From: Candidatus Dormiibacterota bacterium
GTDB taxonomy: Bacteria; Chloroflexota; Dormibacteria; Aeolococcales; Bog-877
Direction of reading: 5' to 3'
Assembly (NCBI GenBank): GCA_963804565.1
Contig: CAWDQV010000001.1
Location: 2,046,026-2,110,025 of the forward strand
Length of the DNA stretch: 64,000 nucleotides
The notes under the pieces are model-generated. The model had not been told where the DNA came from. It saw only the letters and a list, made by a program, of their open reading frames with translations, and did not search any database. Below, piece after piece: positions 60,573 through 64,000 of this stretch (positions are counted from its first letter, which is position 1; each line of letters starts with the position of its first letter). The translations under genes were made by a program, and so were the position numbers.

Positions 60573-62234
60573 TTGGGGAATGGGGACGTGGTGAGATCTA
60601 CAGTTGCCGCGGTCGACCGCCCGGACGTGATTACTTGGGCGGGGCTGCATGTCCGCCGCCGCAGGTTGGTGCTCTCCCTGGTGGTCCTCGCGGCCCTAGT
60701 CGACGTCGCTCTTCGGCTGGAGGAGATCCTCCGCCCTGGACATCTTCTCGGAGTTGTGCAGTACGACGACTCGGTATACCTGGGCGCTGCTCTGCGCATC
60801 ATCGCGGGCAGTCTTCCTTACCGAAACTTCATCCTGATCCAGCCCCCCGGACTGCCGCTGTTGCTCACACCAGTCGCCGCCCTTTCGCATTGGATCGGCG
60901 CGCGAGGTGCCATGGGAGTGGCCAGGGTGCTGGTTCCGCTTGTCGCAGGACTCGACGTGCTGGTGCTGGGTTGGATCCTGAGGCACCGCTCGCCGCTGGT
61001 CGTGGCGGTGGGGTGCTTCGCCCTCGCTGCCTACCCGGACGACCTCCTCAGCGCTCAGACCGTGTACCAGGAGCCGTTTCTCAACCTGCTCTGCCTGCTT
61101 GGCGCCGCGTTGGCTTTTCAGGGCGACATGCTCACCTTCTCCAGGCGGCGGCTGTGGTGGGCCGGGGTCGCCTTCGGGATGGCGGGGACGGTCAAGCTCT
61201 GGGCGGTGTTTCCCCTGTTGATCCTGTTGCTGCTGCTTTGGCGGTCACCTAAGCGAGCTCTGATCCTGCTCGCAGGTGCGGCGGTCGCGTTTCTTCTGGT
61301 TTGCTCACCGTTCCTCGCCCTCTCGGCCCCGCAGTTCTTCCACCAGGTACTTGTGTCCCAGGCCGAGCGCGTAGACGTGAGCCGGGTTCCCCTGGAGGTC
61401 CGCCTGGTGATGATGACCGGGGTTGTGATCACCAACGTGTCCCAGGTGACTCCCTTGCAGCGACTGCTCGGACTTGGGGTAGCGGGCGCGCTGTCTGTCT
61501 TCGTAGCGATCGCCTTCCTAGCCTTCCGTCGTCCACCGGAGGCTGGCGTCAGGTTCAGCTCAGGTTGGCGGCAGCGGCTCCGCTCCACCGAACTCGAGCG
61601 CTACGCCTTGGGGGCTGCCGTCCTCACAGCGCTGGTGCTGTTGATTCCGGATGACTTCTACTTCCACTACGCGACCTTCCTGGGACCGTTTTTGGTCACC
61701 GCCCTAGCGCTCGCTGCGGGCCGGCTGGAACCGGTGCTCCGAGAGCTCGCCTACGCCGCCGCCGCGCTGGTTCTGGTGGGGGCGCTGATGCACGCTGCGC
61801 TGGTTGCCCGTGGAGTCTCGCCCGCTCCGGACCCGGCCGTCGCTCTGGACCGACTGATCCCGGCCGGGGCCTGCGTGATCACCGACAATCCGGCCTATCT
61901 GATCAACGCCAATCGCTACCGGGGAGGAGCTGACTGTGCTCCGGTGGTCGACCCCTATGGGGTGACCATCGCCACTGCGGGAGGACGGGTCGCCAACGGC
62001 GGTGCCGACCAAAGCCAGACCGCTGTGGATACCTGGTTGAGCTACTTTCGAACGGCTCAGTACCTGCTCCTGACCCCGGCCAGCGGGGTCCGGATCCCCT
62101 GGAACCACCGGCTGGAGGCTTACGTGCACTCCCACTTCGCCCTGGTCGCCACCCAGCCTGCGCTGGTACTGAAACGAGCTCCCGTGGCAAGCTCTGGGCG
62201 AGGATATTCGCTGCCCTCCCTGGCCGGGGTGTGA
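60573..62234 (+). CDS. GT-C fold membrane glycosyltransferase (PMT_2/ArnT-like)
   Basis: 553 aa. The first loop reads QYDDSVYLGAALRIIAGSLPYRNFILIQPPG, followed by ~10 TM segments and a soluble C-terminal domain. Confidence 0.55.
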   Translation: MGNGDVVRSTVAAVDRPDVITWAGLHVRRRRLVLSLVVLAALVDVALRLEEILRPGHLLGVVQYDDSVYLGAALRIIAGSLPYRNFILIQPPGLPLLLTPVAALSHWIGARGAMGVARVLVPLVAGLDVLVLGWILRHRSPLVVAVGCFALAAYPDDLLSAQTVYQEPFLNLLCLLGAALAFQGDMLTFSRRRLWWAGVAFGMAGTVKLWAVFPLLILLLLLWRSPKRALILLAGAAVAFLLVCSPFLALSAPQFFHQVLVSQAERVDVSRVPLEVRLVMMTGVVITNVSQVTPLQRLLGLGVAGALSVFVAIAFLAFRRPPEAGVRFSSGWRQRLRSTELERYALGAAVLTALVLLIPDDFYFHYATFLGPFLVTALALAAGRLEPVLRELAYAAAALVLVGALMHAALVARGVSPAPDPAVALDRLIPAGACVITDNPAYLINANRYRGGADCAPVVDPYGVTIATAGGRVANGGADQSQTAVDTWLSYFRTAQYLLLTPASGVRIPWNHRLEAYVHSHFALVATQPALVLKRAPVASSGRGYSLPSLAGV

Positions 62235-62372
62235 GGTGTCTCGGCAGCCTGACTGAGGAGCGGTCTACCGAGGAGGCGCGATGATCGGATCTCCGGGCGC
62301 GCTTCTCGGGATAGGTGGACTCCCAATCCGACCAGTGTCTGCCCGAGCCAGCAGGGCTGGCGAAGCCAGCCG

Positions 62373-64000
62373 ATGCGCCGCTGGGTGTCCTGGATCTTCC
62401 GATGCGACTCGGGTCTAGATTGGAGTGCCCATTTGAGCCACATCGAACCGCCAGGGTCTGACGCTGCCAAACGGTGGCGGCCCACCGATCCTCCTATCTG
62501 GATCTGGGTGGTGGTCGTTGGCGTCTTCGGCCTGATCCTGACCCTGCACCAGCTGGGCGCCCGCCCACTGGTTGACTTCGACGAGGCGCTCAACGCGGTG
62601 ATCACCCGAAACATGGTGAGAACCGGCAACTGGCTAGTGCCCGTCTTCGACGCCAGCACCCGCCTCCGGCGACCCCCACTCTTCTTTTGGCTGGCGGCGT
62701 CGGTCGTATCGATTAGCCACCAATCGACAGCCGTCGCCTTCCGCCTCCCGTCGGTGCTGGCAGGAGTCGCCCTGGCCGTCGGCCTGGTGGTGGGGCTCGG
62801 CCGTCAGTTCCGCTGGCCCAACGCTTCCGCCGCTGTGGCTGGCGTGTGCCTGCTCACCATGCCCTACTTCCTGTTGCTGAGCCGCCAGGCGGTGCTCTCG
62901 GTAGTGGCGGCTGCGCTGGCAACCGCCGCCATCTTGGCGGGCCGGCTCTGGACCCGGGGAAGGGGAGGTTGGTGGGCTCCACTTGTCACGGGCGCCGCCC
63001 TGGGCCTGCTGATCCTCGACTACAGCGCCATGGCGCTTCTGCCCATGGCCGTGCTCACCGCGGACGCCATCCTGCGCCGCCGCAGACCGGCATGGAGTTG
63101 GCTCCAGATTCTTCTCGCGGTAAGCCTGGTTCTCGCAATCGGACTGTGGTGGCCGTTGACGATGTCGGTGCGATACGGCGACCAGCTCTGGAGTGAGTAC
63201 TTCTTCCAGAACGTGATCTCGCGACTCACCTCAAATGTTGAGTCGGGGGGACGCCCGATCTACTACTACCCGCCGCTGTTGGCGGCGGGTATGGGGGCCT
63301 GGGCTCCGCTCGCTGCCTTGGCCGTCGTCCGGTCCTGGAGGCGCATCTGGACGGATCCCGACTCCCCAGAGCGATTGGCGCTGATCTGGGTGGTGATCGG
63401 GGTAGTGGGATTCTCACTATCCACGACCAAGCTGCCCTGGTACATGGGGCCGATTTACCCGGGACTGGCAATACTTGTGGCCGCCTACCTCCGACGTCTG
63501 CCCGAGGAGATCGGTTTCACCTCCCGCGGGGATGGCCCGCGCAACGGCTGGAGCTCAGCCGCGCTCGTGGGCTTTGCCGCGCTGGTGGGCATTGCTCTTG
63601 GGTTGTGGCCCACCCCGCGGCCAGCTTGGACCCTGGTGGCCTGCGTGGGTGTGGGACTGATCGCGATCGTGGTCCAGCAGTTTGAGTCGCAGCGCCGAAG
63701 CCGGCTCACCGGGCTGGCCGGGAGCACTCGGATGCTCTTCGCGTCAGCAACACTGACCATCCTCGTCCTGCTGGCCGTCGGGCGAGCGCTGCTCTTTCCT
63801 CTGGGGCCAGGGGCTCCGGGCTTTGCGCAAAACCTTCAGCCAGAGCCGCCAGCAGGCCCAGAGGCGGCCATCGGCAGGTGGGTGGCGCAGAACCCGAGGG
63901 TGCCGCTCGGACTGCTGGTCAGCGACACGCCGACCCTGATCTTCTACTCACATCGCTCAGAGGTCGCGATCTACCCCAGCGTAGCCGCTGCCGCCAAGGC
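62373..64000 (+). CDS. GT-C fold membrane glycosyltransferase (GT39/ArnT-like), 3' end outside window; not in the supplied ORF track
   Basis: My own translation of the frame with codon starts divisible by 3 is open from 62253 to the window end. Motifs: PLVDFDEALNAVITRNMVRTGNWLVPVF...RRPPLFFWL, YYYPPLL and TKLPWYMGPIYPGLAIL. The start is uncertain: ATG 62373 or TTG 62433. Confidence 0.6.
   Translation, partial: MRRWVSWIFRCDSGLDWSAHLSHIEPPGSDAAKRWRPTDPPIWIWVVVVGVFGLILTLHQLGARPLVDFDEALNAVITRNMVRTGNWLVPVFDASTRLRRPPLFFWLAASVVSISHQSTAVAFRLPSVLAGVALAVGLVVGLGRQFRWPNASAAVAGVCLLTMPYFLLLSRQAVLSVVAAALATAAILAGRLWTRGRGGWWAPLVTGAALGLLILDYSAMALLPMAVLTADAILRRRRPAWSWLQILLAVSLVLAIGLWWPLTMSVRYGDQLWSEYFFQNVISRLTSNVESGGRPIYYYPPLLAAGMGAWAPLAALAVVRSWRRIWTDPDSPERLALIWVVIGVVGFSLSTTKLPWYMGPIYPGLAILVAAYLRRLPEEIGFTSRGDGPRNGWSSAALVGFAALVGIALGLWPTPRPAWTLVACVGVGLIAIVVQQFESQRRSRLTGLAGSTRMLFASATLTILVLLAVGRALLFPLGPGAPGFAQNLQPEPPAGPEAAIGRWVAQNPRVPLGLLVSDTPTLIFYSHRSEVAIYPSVAAAAK

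Overview
GC-rich bacterial chromosomal segment made up almost entirely of housekeeping and cell-envelope genes. I recognised no integrase, transposase, CRISPR array, tRNA or rRNA gene.

Content in order:
1. A hopanoid/isoprenoid locus at 1.8-15.7 kb. It holds a response regulator, hpnA and a DUF422-HpnG fusion on the + strand, and ispH, a polyprenyl synthase, shc, hpnC, hpnD and hpnE on the - strand. A membrane-protein/PadR/ABC-2 exporter module splits it.
2. A Zn-alcohol dehydrogenase, an SRPBCC protein, lon, a Nudix hydrolase, a tail-anchored pseudokinase, an alpha/beta hydrolase, trmK, a COG1579 zinc-ribbon protein and rnhA.
3. A decayed class-V aminotransferase, RNase P RNA, and a compact dcw cluster at 26.8-39.9 kb (mraZ-rsmH-ftsL-ftsI-mraY-ftsW-murG-murC-murB-ftsQ-ftsA-ftsZ).
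4. A CcdA-like/PIN toxin-antitoxin pair, a GT87-like membrane protein, a FemAB-like acyltransferase and a MaoC dehydratase.
5. ileS, a dksA-like gene, lspA, rluD, gmk, coaBC, priA, fmt, smpB and tmRNA.
6. A likely accessory stretch: a RibD_C/DHFR-like protein, a GbsR/MarR-regulated ABC-2 exporter, a DHA2 MFS pump, and two GT-C glycosyltransferases. The last of these runs off the window and is missing from the ORF track.

The strongest signal is not a new gene system. It is two dense blocks of 1-nt frameshifts, at 27.3-39.9 kb and 47.8-53.7 kb, in essential genes whose local reading frames remain conserved. Neighbouring long genes (lon, shc, ileS) are intact. The most likely cause is a locally unpolished consensus, but this needs read-level confirmation.

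Secondary points are the DUF422-HpnG fusion, an Mpl-like ligase in a dcw cluster that lacks murD/E/F, the pseudokinase, and several candidate operators. All family calls rest on motif recognition by eye. No database search was run.
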